A stretch of DNA of 61,568 bases, filler included, from Thelocarpon superellum (lineage: Eukaryota): the NCBI GenBank assembly GCA_026025795.1. It is 2 parts of 2 records of this genome, joined end to end, with 100 filler letters (N's around TTAATTAATTAA, not from the genome) between each part and the next. Parts side by side here need not be neighbours in the genome. Positions count along the whole stretch, not along the records: positions 1 to 30,744 come from JAPEUG010000197.1; 1 more part is not named here. One strand, 5' to 3'. Both the position numbers and the translations under genes were made by a program. This document shows, one piece after another, positions 11,651 through 24,096 of the stretch (position 1 is the first letter of the stretch; each line of letters starts with the position of its first letter). Below the pieces are notes generated by a model that was not told where the DNA came from, did no database searches, and was given only the letters and a program-made list of their open reading frames with translations.

Positions 11651-12482
11651 ATGAGCACGACTCCACCGCCCGCGGAAACCAATTTAGAAACAACCCACCT
11701 GCCACCGTCGGGGCCGACCTCCCCCCTGGCCAAACGGCCCAAGACCATGTCCTCGTCTGGAAAAGAGACCGGCTCGGCACCGCCTGCGACCACCAACGTC
11801 GAGCAATCCCCCCCACTCCTGATCAAGAAGCTGAGCGAGAGCGCAAAGACGCCGACCCGCGGCAGTGCATTTGCTGCCGGCTATGACCTCTATGCGTAGG
11901 CCGGCCCATCGACTATGATTAGCCCACGATCTCGTTGCTGATTGCGGGGATGAGATCCTTAGTGCGCACCCTACCACCATCCCCGCACGGGGCAAGGTAT
12001 TGGTTGATACGGACCTGGCCATTGCCGTGCCCAATGGCACTTGTACGTGGTCTCTACTTACCAGGCTGTCGTGCCCTGCGACGAGATGCTAATTCATGTC
12101 TCCCAGATGGGCGGATAGCACCACGGTCGGGACTGGCCAGCAAACATTTCATCGACACAGGCGCAGGTGTCATCGATGCCGACTATCGCGGCCAAGTGCG
12201 AGTGCTGTTGTTCAACCACGCCGAATCTGCCTTTGAGGGTATGCAGGACCTGTCATCTCCAACTGTCTATGCCAGGGCACTGATGTCCACCCCACAATAC
12301 AGTCAAAGAAGGTGATCGTGTTGCGCAATTGGTGCTTGAGCGTGTACGTCTCTCCTGCTGAGCCCCTGGAAGACGACGCTGACTTCCTATTCCCGTGTTA
12401 GATCTATACGCCAGAAGTTCTCGAAGTACAGGAGTTGGAAGAGAGTGTGCGGGGCGCCGGTGGATTTGGAAGCACTGGGTGA
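11651..12482 (+). CDS. DUT1: dUTP diphosphatase (dUTPase), 4 introns
   Basis: [34 protein letters not shown] and [10 protein letters not shown] (all five dUTPase motifs). Confidence 0.96.
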
Positions 12483-12554
12483 GCAGATCATGGACGGGGA
12501 ATGTCTATCTCTTTCTCTCTCTCTATATCTATAGAAGCATCACATGCGCTGTCA

Positions 12555-13888
12555 TCATAACGACAAAGTCTTCGCCCGAAACTCAACTTTGGGGTCCCTC
12601 AAGTCCGCCAAATTCCGCACCAGCCGAACCTCGGACGCCTTGGTCGTCCGCACGTGGCCTTCCTTGCCCTGCATCTCCACCTCTGAGAAGGTGGCCAATT
12701 CTCGATCACGCGCTTCCTTGGTCTTCTGCAGGATGGCATGCATGCTGCCAAGAACCTTCTCGAGCGCCTGGGCCAATGGCAAGTCCACCGCTACCACGTC
12801 ATCTGGAGAGATCCACGAACGGGTGTGGGAGAGGTCGGGCACGTGGCTGACGGCTTCTCGGAGACGAACAACTGTCAGCGCCGCGAACATATCCCCCGTG
12901 CCGCTGAAGAAGGCGTCGATGGCGGGGACGTCGATCTGAAACAAGCGTGGAGCCCCGGTCGAGTCGGCGGTGGATCCAATCACCGATAGATATCGATTGG
13001 ATGGGTCGAAGCAAACTGACGTGACCACGATATGGGGGGTCCGGTAGGTGCGGTGAAGCGTCGTTATGGCATCCACGACCGACGAAATCGAGTTGATAGG
13101 TGTCTCTGCGAGCCATCTGAAAGTGGCCCGAGTCCCCATAGTCAACATGTGCCTCCCTGGCCGCTTCGCGATGGACCCCACTCACCCAAGCTCATATTGA
13201 TTCGGGAGGATCAGGTCCGCGTCGCGGAGCAGATTCGTGTACGCCGGCACCAGATTCCCGTTCACGTAGAGATGTCCTTGATCACCCATGACCGGATCGA
13301 GCACTATCCCCAGTCAGCCAGCCATTCGGCGTCTCGGGTCTCCAACGTACCCCAGAAGAAGGAGCCCGGTTTGGTATTAGACTTGAGGCGCAGATCTCGT
13401 GCGATGGCGCCGATCGCCTCGACCGACTCTGCGTCCATGGCGTAGCCGGACAGCATCATGTCAAAGTCGTTCAGAGCAGGCCGTCGCAGCCCATCGTAGA
13501 GTTCGCGGATCTCCGAGGCAGGGATCGTGGACCCTTTCGTCTGCCGATATCCTTTATGGTTGCCTTGACCGTGGACCATGAGTTCAGCTCCGCTGCCATT
13601 GCGCCGCCACCAGGACGAGTGTCGCCGTACTCAGCTGGACGGTGTTCAGCGCAGCGACGTCGCAGCCGAGAGACTGCATCACGAGTGCGGCCATGGTATT
13701 GCCCACGTATCTGCACGCTGATCAGTCGACCAGGGCTTTGGACCGCCCGGTCGCACTCACCCGTAAACAACCTTCCCTTATTCAAGACATTAGTGATCAC
13801 ATCTGTGGCAAGATGGGTGTCAACATGACCGTACATGGCTGGCAATAGCCAAGACTTTGGTCTCGGGCACGGGGAGGTTGGATGACAT
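12555..13888 (-). CDS. BUD16: Pyridoxal kinase (Bud16/PdxK family), multi-intron with an 11-nt micro-exon
   Basis: Spliced VLAIASH-VVYG-YVGN, SNHKGY, VLDPVMGDQG and FSGTGDMFAAL motifs. Confidence 0.92.
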
Positions 13889-14262
13889 GACTGGAGGCCA
13901 CGGGAGCACCTTCAGCTGGAAGCTTCTACAGCTAATTAAGCACGGGTGGACCTTTCAAGACTCCGAAGTACGGTTGACGTCTACGCTGCTCCAGGGGGCA
14001 CGGGGATGTCGGTGACTGACCACGGCGGGGCAACAGGCGGCCCCGCGCTAAGGCCTTAGCGACCACGCAGCAGCGCAGCTCCCGCGACACCACGGCGTCC
14101 CTCGTATGTGGTCGGAAGTACGGAGGTGATCACTCATCTCTTTCATGAGAACGATTTGCGACTCTGAGACCTAACAGAATACTATGGAAAAGATGGTCTC
14201 GAAGGGTCCATCAGAGGCGATGGTACGCAGCATCGCGTCGTCTAGGGTGACGGCGTATCGCC

Positions 14263-15272
14263 TCATTCTTCATCCCCAATCTGCACACAGTACGTCAGTC
14301 TTTGCCAGTGGCTCATTCGCCCAAAGGTCGACGCGGATCATACCTTGGGAGCGAGATAGAATCTCAGGTAGCTGCTGCCAGCCAGCGAGTATTCCACGAG
14401 CAGCGGCACCTCGTTTGACAAGCACAGCTTCACAGAGCCCGAGAGGCCGCTCGCTTTGCAGAAGTTGACCAGGTATTTGAGAGAGAAGGTCAACGCGACG
14501 GGCTCCGTCAGTTGAATGCTCACGTTCAGCTCGGGCTTATCGACATTGCTGTGCTGTCGCAGGGTGACGGAGCCATTTCCGATGTCGCCTTGGCACGCAA
14601 ACTTGACGCCCTCCTTGGTGGCCTCGATCGAGACTGCGCCGGATCAGCATCGCCATCTTTCCGTAAACATTGGGACTGGGGCCTACCGGACTCGGAGAGA
14701 GCAATCAAGTCGCGGCAGATTCGCTGGAACTCGGTCGACGGCATGCTGATGGTGGCTGCATATTCGGTGTCGGGGATACCCAGATGCTCTTGGTCAATGT
14801 CCATCAGCTTGATATCGTACTCGCTTAGCCGGTCGCTCTCGCTGCTCTCGAAGACGAGGTTGAGGCTGTCGGGGGCATCCTCGGCCTTGAGCGTGAGGAT
14901 GTCTTCGTTCTGTGCGCACCGTAGCACCTTTGTGAGCGAGGTCAGGTTGATGCCGAGGGCAATGTTGCGATCGCAGCGATAGGGCGAAAAGCCCTCGGCC
15001 TTGAGCATCATCGACACCAGGGCCACATGCGAGTTGTCCATGGCCTGGAGGGCAATGCCTGCATCATTGCAGTCAAAGTTGCAGTCTTGCACTAGATCCT
15101 TGATCGCGTCGACCACCTAGATACATGGTCAACCTGGTGGGAGTGGCGCTGCGAGCGTAGCGTGAAATACGAACCTTCTTGAGCAGGTTGGCCTGCTCTA
15201 ATCTAGCTTCCAACACTGCCATGGATCCATCAGCAGCAGTCGGGGCCGGGCAAAGGACGACTTCGACATACT
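14263..15272 (-). CDS. POL30: Proliferating cell nuclear antigen (PCNA)
   Basis: [35 protein letters not shown] and FYLAPK-IGDEE*; 4 introns, the first splitting the ATG. Confidence 0.97.
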
Positions 15273-16046
15273 TGTGACAGACGAACAGTCGATGTACGAC
15301 CGATAAGGTGTGGATACACAGGGTCCTGGAGAAGATATCCGCGTCAAAACAGCCGTCGTGGTGGGGCCAGAAATTCCGCCCAGCAACGCGGGGAGTCAAT
15401 GCAGATCAGTCAAGACGGGCAGACGTACTGATATGGACGAGGCGAGGGTCGAGGATCCTGGACCGGGCTCAGAATGAAGCAAGCAACGGACTCGGTTTGG
15501 ATGGAAGGAAATGCGGCCGACAACGGTGGCTTGTGGGCGCGTATGTGAGGTGTTCGTAAGTTAGCATCTTAACGTACTACGTTAGTAGTGGTGGTGGGGC
15601 AAACGCGACCATGCGCATCTGGGGCGCGCACGGCGCGTCCCACTCTCCATCAACTCCGCCGCCGGAGGCTAGCGCGACAGTCCTCGCCCAAGCTCACGTG
15701 ATTCACTCCACCGTCTACCAGGAGCCATTACGCTGGTTCATCGCCGGTTCCCACGTGGTCCGGGCTGCCCACCTTCGTCCTATTTTGTAATGCAGAGATT
15801 GTCTCATATCATCTGGAGACATTGCTGACGAGCACTCTTCTCGGTAACCGGTGTGCGCAACAGATACTGCGGCTACGGTCAGAGCGTGGACATTTCGAGG
15901 ATCCCATCTGTCTTCGGTCACGACCATAGGACACGAGTCTATGTGCACTGAGCTTGCCCATGAACTTCCAGGCGCTACTCCAGCGGTGGGGTATATATCC
16001 ACCGGCATCCCGCCAGGCATGTGAAGGTCTCCTCTGGCTCTCCCCC

Positions 16047-17614
16047 CTAACCGGTAATGTGAAATTGCACGGTCGCGTTGGCCATCCACGTCCGCGTCGG
16101 CACGTCCCACTGGACCTCTGCCACAGCCGAGTCATTCACGACGAAATGGGCGTAGATGGTCTGACTCGTTTGCTGGTCCAGACAGGCGGAGAAGCGCGGC
16201 GACGGAAGATGGCTTCCAGTGTACTGACTGCTGATGGGGACCGTGAGGTTGCCGCTGATCAGGTTTAACGCGTTGCCCTCGTCCAAGTAGAGGATGATGT
16301 CGCACGCGACGCCAGCAGTGCAGTTCGGCACCAGCATCGCCCTCACATCTGAACCGGGCTTTGTCGGGTACTGGGCAGTGCTTGACGTTCCTTGCCACTC
16401 CGCCATCGTCCCCAAGCCAACCCCTCCTTCCGTGCCCGAGACGGTGAATTGGAGCAGGCCAGTTTCGCCTTGTGTGTAGATCGTAACCCCGCCATCCTCG
16501 GGGCGTAAAACAGAGGTGTTGTAGACAAGCCCGATACCAGTCCCACTAAGCACACTGGGGGGATTGATATAGAGGTACAACTCGTTACCCCATTGGTTGA
16601 ACCACGCGTTACTTTCGATGTCCTTGCCGATGGCACTGACATCGCCGTTGTAATTCTGGATGAAAACGTTCAGGTAGGTGGCGTTGTGGGGACCCAGCCA
16701 GAGAGCAGCCATTTTGGAGAAGGGCAATAAGGGATTGGAGCCGGTCAGGGGAGTGACGTCCCAGGCACCGGAGCCGGACGGGTTGGCCGTAGCGATGACG
16801 TTCTCCTGAGAGTAGAAGAGTGTGATCTACGGAGAGGTGAGCTGACCCTTGGCTACATGAGCGGGGAAGGGGATGCTTTGCGTACGTTATTGCCTCCTGC
16901 CAGGGTTGGATAGGTCGCCACGTCCATTCCGGTATTCGCGTCGGCCCCCAGGTTCATCGGATCGGGCTGAATGGACCAACTTGCCCCCGAGGCGAGGTAT
17001 CGGAGGAATTTGATCTCATTCGAGCTGTCCTGAAAGAAGACGTATCGATCACCGTTGGGAAAGCAGGCCGAGGCTAGCGAGCTGTTTCCGAGAATGGGAT
17101 GGGGGATGGGGTTGGCGGTGGTACTGATATTGGATGGGGTGGTGGGATTGGTGATGTTGGCGGCATTGGTGTCAGATGCGGCGGAGGTTGTCGCCCCTTT
17201 GTTTGCTCTACTTCTGTGTCACGGTCAGGATCACGGCATTCTGTGGCTTGGTTAACCATCGTACCCCAGAACCCCTCCGAGTACCGCTGCAATGATGACC
17301 AGCACCGCAATTACCACCACGGCGGCAAGCCATCTCGAGTTCCTGTACCACGGCGTTCGCTGGGATCCCGTCGGCGGGCGGGTGTCGTAGGAGGCTTGAT
17401 CCAGTGATCCTATCGCATTTCCTCCCAACGCCTCCTTGGCTTCCTCGCGGTCAGGCTTGACCGAGGCCTCCGGTCCCTCCCATGCCTCTGCAGATGGGCG
17501 AGGTATGGCTTCGAGCGTGCTGTACTCGTAATGGTCGCTCGGCTACCATGATGGATGGGGTCAATCGGAGAGCTGCAAAGACGTGCGAGCGAGGTGGCTC
17601 ACCACATGAGCCAT
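16047..17614 (-). CDS. Type II single-pass membrane protein with Ser/Thr/Asn stalk and fucose-specific-lectin-like beta-propeller ectodomain
   Basis: Four-exon model: MAHV|PSDHYEYSTLEA...; TM WLAAVVVIAVLVIIAAVLGGVLG; stalk; then SSLASACFPNGDRYVFFQDSSNEI and further 'lyy/vff' propeller-like blades. Confidence 0.65.
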
Positions 17615-18387
17615 GACAATGGGGCCGCCAGCTCCGATCGCCGGAAAGATGATCTCGATCCACCCGGCGTCCAAGATGGCGCCAACCGAAATGCAATGGT
17701 GCTCTTATAGGGGCAAAGAGCGGATGGAGGGACCCTGGAGGAAGCATGGTGGCGACTGATGGCCCGCGCGATGAGCTCCGCCTGGCGAAGGGCACTCCGC
17801 CCCTGCCGAATGCCGGACGGCCTGCACCATCACACCCTTCCAGCCAGACGTCTTTGCTATCCTATCGACAACCCCCAGCCTAGGCCCGCAGTTAGAGGGG
17901 TTCGGGTCGAAGGCAATGTTGGGGGCCAACGCGTAAGGTTGGATACGAGTACTCGGACTCGCAAGTGTCATAACTATAGGCCGATGGGGCTGTGCCACAC
18001 GCGAGGCAGCTTGGCAAGACCCATGGTTCCAACCGCAAGATTGGATAGGCGAGAAGTTGACGTTTCGGTAAGCGTAGCGTGATCCGCGGTCCGCGAGCAG
18101 AGACGATACGTGACTACTCGGCTACCCTCGACCCTCTGCCACTTCGCACCTTCAGCTCCGTGGTGGGACAGAAACTGCATCCCACTTCTTCAACGCTGGA
18201 TACACGTCCTATGCGCAGCAGTATATGCATACGGTCCAGGTATTTTAAGCCTCTCAGATGCCTAGAACCGATGAACATTGCCACGGAGGATCAGGCTCTG
18301 AAGCGATTGGAGTGACCCATCAGTTCAGACGAAGTAAGTACTGATCATAGATACAAATGCGGATCAGGATGAAGATGAAGATTGAAA

Positions 18388-18414
18388 GTAGATGTAGATG
18401 TAGATGTAGATGTA
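18388..18414. repeat. (GTAGAT)4 microsatellite downstream of vezA
   Basis: gtagatgtagatgtagatgtagatgta. Confidence 0.85.
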
Positions 18415-18630
18415 AAAAGACATCATCGTATCGTCAAGTCATGACAAGCCCCAGACGCAATCCGCCGCCACCAGCACCAACCTATTTATACATTTGTACA
18501 GCAAGACGTGGCAATAGATGGCAGTCGTAAGATGCGTGTCGGATCAAGATGAAACAGATGGCGAAGAGGAATGGGTCCGACCGAGCCTAATGCAGAGCCC
18601 ACAATCAACCGAGCAGCGAACGGAAAGGGT

Positions 18631-20632
18631 TCACATGGACGTGATGCGTGAGTGGCCAGCCCGCGCGCTCGGGCGGAGGGTGATGACGGATTCGAGTTCG
18701 CGGATCATACTGGTGTTGGCAAAGACCCTCTCCTTGGCCGACGCGGCCTTGCTACGCTCCTCCTTCATCTTCGTCAACCGATCCTCGCGGCTGAGCGTGC
18801 TCCGCGGACGGGGGGCCGCCACGGCCTCGAAGACTTCGCCGTCGTCCGAGGCGCTGAGGTCGATGCTCCATCGCGGTCGTTCGTCGCCGTTGAGGGCGTG
18901 CAAGGCCTCGGTCGGGCTCCCGTCGACCGCCGTCACGCCTCCGAGCGAGAGCGTTGGCGAGCCTAGCGGATTGGAGGAACGGGACGAGCGCTTCTCGTTC
19001 TTGTCCAGGCTCAAGGCCAGCATCGCCTTGCCGCTTTCCCACTCCTGCTGCAAGAAGCGGAGGTCGTTGCCAATCGACTCGTACTGCGACCACAGGTCCG
19101 CCCCGAGATCCGCCGGGTCGTCGGCCCCCTGAAGCGTTTTGTCTGATTCTTCGCGCAGGACGTGGAGCTTGGCCTGTAAGCCGCGGATGCCTTGCGAAAG
19201 GGATCCCAGACGTCGCAGTTGCTGGCGTACGCGCTCCCGGCCGGGCGCGATGGGTGATTTCGGTGTAGCCGGTGTGGGGAATTCTGCGCGTGGGTCAGCC
19301 CGTCCTTGTCTCCCAGGCGATGCACGCGTCACTTACGCTCTTCTTCGCTCAAAATCTTGCGCAGCTTCTCCTCGCCCTCCGCCGTCATCAGGCACAGGTG
19401 TTGCAGGGCGTCGACGGCCACGCCCCAGCGGGCGAAGTCGGCTTTGCCGCCCTCGGCATCCAGCGCCAGGAGACAGCACAGGACGATGCGGCGCAGGGTG
19501 TAAAGTCGGTGTAGGAGCGTCTTCAGCGCGGGCAAGGTCTCCGCATCCTCCGCGTCTGTCGGGGACGGACTACGCTCTGCGTCATGGATCTCCGTGGCGC
19601 TGAGCTCGTAGATATCAAAGTATTTCTCCAGGTCAACGTCGACCGCGAGCGGCCGCAAGGTGACACCGGCCTCAAGGAAGGGCGGGAGCGCGGTGGCAAG
19701 ACAGGAGTGGAGGGTGCGGCGCAGGCGGGTGCATCGTCGAGTCTGGCTGCGTTCCTCCATGCGACTCACCGGCGGCAGCGGACTGCTTCTACCTCCTCTT
19801 AGCCCCGGACGCAGAGCCCAGGGGTGGGGCGAGACTCACATGCGGTATCCTCGCGATACGACCTCGACCTCCTGGATCAAGGTCATGGCCGCCGTGGCCG
19901 TCGCGTCAAAGGCCTGCGAGGTGGCCACAAACTCCGTCGCGGCCTCGATGGCCTGCCGACGCAGGTACTGCAGCCACTGGCGCCGGGCGAACGCCACGCC
20001 GAGGGCAGTCAGCACGCCGAGCAGCAGCAGGACCACCGCCACGCGGCCGAGACTCAACCGCCCCGAGGCGCCCCCGCGTGCCCAATAGAGGACCCAAACC
20101 AGCGCGAAGGCCCCCGTCGCCGTGACGATGGCGCCGCGGAGGCTGACAGTGATCTGGCCATATGAGGGTGTCGACGAGGATGCGGAGCCCGCGCGCGACG
20201 TGGATGTGTCGGCGAGCCCACTGTAGTGGGAGGTGCTGATGTGAGGACTCAAGAGTTGCGATGCCACAAGGATGTAGCGAAACTGCTCCAGAAAATGTGC
20301 ATTCTCTTGTCGACCTAGTCGCGCATTCACGGTGTGCTGGAGGATGCGGGACACGGCCCGATTTGGAGGCACCGTCAATCGTAGCTGTCGAGGCAGTCGT
20401 TTGCGGAAGCGTGCTTGGAGGTTGGAAGGACCCTGCGGTGCAAAGGAGGGGGGCGAGGGAAATGGGAACTCATGGGCCGCGGGCGAGGCGTGCTCCGCGT
20501 GGCCTTCACCCTGTCCTACATTCCCATGTCGTTAGCCCGGCCAGCTGTAGAATGCCTGGCATGTCGATCTCAGCGCGACGTACCTTCGAGGTACTCTGCC
20601 AAGGGCGAGTCGTTGGAAATAACGGCGTCCAT
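18631..20632 (-). CDS. vezA: Vezatin-like / myosin-binding (Inp2-type) membrane protein
   Basis: MDAVISNDSPLAEYLEG, FLEQFRYILVASQLL, two TM helices, LIQEVEVVSRGYR, RRIVLCCLLALDA and C-terminal MIRELESVI; 3 introns. Confidence 0.82.
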
Positions 20633-20866
20633 TCCACCGGTATTTCGCGCCTAGGACATGGTCGATCGAGATGACGACGAAGGCTGCGACGGGCGGTTGG
20701 CGCTCGAGCACCGGGGATGGGACGTGACGATATAAGAGCGCGGATATTCGTCCATGAGAAGGATGAGAGTAGTGCGGTAGGCGAGTGCACTGATCTTCCT
20801 TGCGCCGAGGGTGATGTCGATGGTTACGGGGTCACACTGTCATGAGACACAGCAGGGCTCGCGCTT

Positions 20867-20891
20867 CGCGGCGCGGCGCGGCGCGGCGCGG
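20867..20891. repeat. (CGCGG)5 microsatellite upstream of vezA
   Basis: cgcggcgcggcgcggcgcggcgcgg. Confidence 0.85.
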
Positions 20892-21823
20892 GCGCGTTGA
20901 CGAAAATTGTCGGTCGCCGCCGAGGGTGCGGTGTGAGAGTGTGGTGTGCGGGCTTGGCCCAGGCAGGGAACTGGTTGGTGGGCGCTAGCCAAGAGGTGCT
21001 GGGGTGCTGGACGTTGGGGGACGTGGTAGATTGGCGACGTGCGTCAAACCGGTCGGCGGTCGGCAGCGGTAGATGACGGAAGGGCCATAAGGCAGCCAGT
21101 TACCAGCCGGGCCGGCCAACGGGCTTCGGCAATCCTACCGTAACTATACGCCGTCATTCGCCTTCCCAACCCGGGCCCGGAGCAGGACAGTTCCAGGCCT
21201 TCCGCCAGCCGAACTTGGAAGTCGATGCTCACGGCGGGTCCGATGGGATTCTCGGCGGTTGTAGTCCTTTCGCTCGACGTCGCATTACTTCTGAAATTCT
21301 CTCTTCCATTCGTCGGCCAAGCGAACCCATCCGGTTACGTAGAGAAGGGCAGGTACGATAATACAGCTCCAGGAGCCCTGTTCCGGTCGAGTCGGGACGA
21401 GATTGTTCACACTGCCGAACCGTAGTCTCTACCTTTATGTTAGTCGAGATAGGCCGACATTTGGCGAGCCCTGGCCACGGGTCTCTCTGGACGCTTCTTG
21501 GTAAGCAGCTTGCTCCTGCGGCTATCTCAAACCCTCGCAATACTCGACCCTTATCCTATCTAGTGTCGACAGATCGAAAAGTGGTCGGTGTGCTGAGCAG
21601 CGAGGTGGTACGAGACCCGCTTTGCGTGTTCACCGTTTGATTACTTGATCGGCGGGTCGAGAGTTATGTTGAATACATGTTCACTCTCTCATCTCGTGAC
21701 TCAGGCCACTCACCCCTCGTCTGTTCACGAGTCGTCTACGCTGGATTGCTGGAATCTGATCATTGGATTCTTAGACATGATATTCACTTCTGTACTCCCT
21801 GAATACAGATGAGCCGGGCCATC

Positions 21824-23052
21824 ATGAAGGAGGCCATTGTGCATCCGATTCCCGTCATCACCGTTGAACTTCAGGATGTTTCCATTCCGCTTGCGGGCCC
21901 AGACGAAATCGTAATCGAGGTGGTTGCTGCGGGAAGCAATGTCAAAGGTCAGATCCACCACCTTTGCAGCACATCCAAAGCAAGCATCAGGACTGACGTC
22001 AGCCCGCGCGCAGATTGGGCGCATATCACGGCGCAAAAGATCTCGGTCAACAGCGGCGATGACATGGCCGGTACCATCCATAGCATGGGAGCCAACGTGG
22101 TAGCGACAGGAGAGCTCCACATTGGCGATCGCGTTGCGGCCTTCCATCCCATGCTCACCCCCGGCGGCGCCTACGCGGAATTTGCCGTTGCCCCCGCGCA
22201 TACCGTCTTCATCATTCCAGGCCATGTCACTTTTGAGGGTGGGCTGTGATCTCCTCCGATCTCTCGGCCCTAGCATTCTAATCGAGCTCAGAGGCCGCGA
22301 CGATCCCACTAGTAGCTTTGACGGCAGCCTTGTCTCTTTTCTGCCGGCAAGGTCTGCCGCCTCCGTGGTCTCCGGCGACCACGGCTTCCGGCCCTATCCC
22401 GCTCATCATCTACGGCGCCTCGTCCGCGCTCGGCTGTTTCGCTATCAAGCTTGCCCGAATCGCCAACATCCATCCCATCATCGCTGTTGGTGGAAGCAGT
22501 CAGGCCTATGTTTCCACGCTGCTGGACGCATCTGCTGGAGACAAGATGGTCGACTACCGACATGGGGTCGAGCCCATGATCCAGTCGGTCGGTGAGGCCC
22601 TGGGAGACTTGAAGGCCCACCACGCCTTGGATGCCATTAGTGCAAACGGCACCTGGATCCCCCTGACCCGCATGCTGGATACCAGTGGGGCTGGTCAGAT
22701 CTCGGTCGTGTCTGGAGCAAATGCATACGACGAGGCCGAGGACAAGCCCTGGATTCAGATCAAGTACACCTATGTCGGCACCGGTCACTATGGGGCTTAT
22801 AAGCCCGGAATGCCCCACCAGCCTGAGGACAAGGAGAGTGTCAAAGCCGACGTGGAATTTGCCTACCTCTTCTACCGCTACCTAGCACGCCTTTTGAGCC
22901 GGCGGGAATTCCAAGGCCATCCCTTCCAGGTCATTCCCGGAGGCCTTGGTGGCGTGCAGGAGGGTCTTCAAAACCTGAAGGACGGTAAAGCAAAAGGAGT
23001 CAAATATGTCTATCGAATCGACGAGACCGCTGGTCTCGGTGCAGGAATATAA
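21824..23052 (+). CDS. MDR-superfamily trans-enoyl reductase / quinone oxidoreductase-like protein (LovC/ToxD-like)
   Basis: GSNVK|DW, NSGDDMAG, GGAYAEFA, IIYGASSALG and GLQNLKDGKAKGVKYV; 2 introns. Confidence 0.88.
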
Positions 23053-23471
23053 GAGCCAGTAGTGTCGAGAGAGATATGTCATAGTAGCAAAGGTACCTCC
23101 CGTACGCGTGTGGGAACGATTGATGCGGCCCGGCGGTGTTGCCATCCATAGCTCTCCGACACGTACGGCAGCGAACTCCGGTAACTTCCGCCACTGGACC
23201 ACCGTAGCGCAACTACGTTATGGTCCGTCGTACGCAACGCAACTTCGTCCGTCGACCTCGCCAACTGGAGCTCTCCCATCCGACGTGAACAATCTCCAAG
23301 CGCCCCAGAGAACAGCACCCGGTCCCGCGAATCCTCGCTGTGCTTAATCGGAAGGCCCCCGGGTATAACGAATCCCCACACCTGTCCGCCCATCTCGCTC
23401 CACCGTTCGTCTATCCGCACACTGCAACTCCAAATTGCTCAAAGATCTCCCATCTCTCCCCATCACGAGCC

Positions 23472-23942
23472 ATGCTCACCGAGCGCACCCTCGCCATCGA
23501 CCCTGTGGTCCCTGGATCCGTGGCACACAATGCAAAGGTACGAGTGTCCCACTCATGAGTCAGGCCATGCTGCCCACCCTGATCCTCCCTCCCTCCCCTT
23601 CTCCACCTCGCCGTGACATTCACCGCATGGTTCCGGAGAGTAGACGGCGGAGAAGAGCCGCTAACGCATGGCATTACGCCTACCCAGACCCTCTCCAACA
23701 TCCGACATCTAACATCCTCGCTCTTCGGCGTCGCAGCCGGGATACTCGGCCTCGAATCCTACCACGGCTTCGCCTTCTATGTGATTGGTACGACGATGGT
23801 GAGCGCGCTGGTCTGGGCGCTGCTGGGGCGCGGGAGGGGGTTAGAGGGCGCGGCGCAGGGCATTTGGACCGCGGAGGTGCTGGGGGGGTTGAGTGGCTTC
23901 GTGCTTACCTGGACGCTGTTCTTCGGGCTTGTGCGGGCGTGA
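23472..23942 (+). CDS. EMC6: ER membrane protein complex subunit 6
   Basis: SVAHNAK|TLSNIRHLTSSLFGVAAGILGLES...SGFVLTWTLFFGLV; intron 23538-23687. Confidence 0.9.
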
Positions 23943-24096
23943 TGGGTGCGTCCGTATGGAGGAAGAGGGGGAAGCTGGCATTCAGATGGCGTTGAAAGGG
24001 GAACATGGTCTATGGCGTGCGCGACTCTACAGTGGATGCATATCTACCATATCTCCGAATGAATGAATTACAAGAGTGACGTGGCCGATTTCTCCT

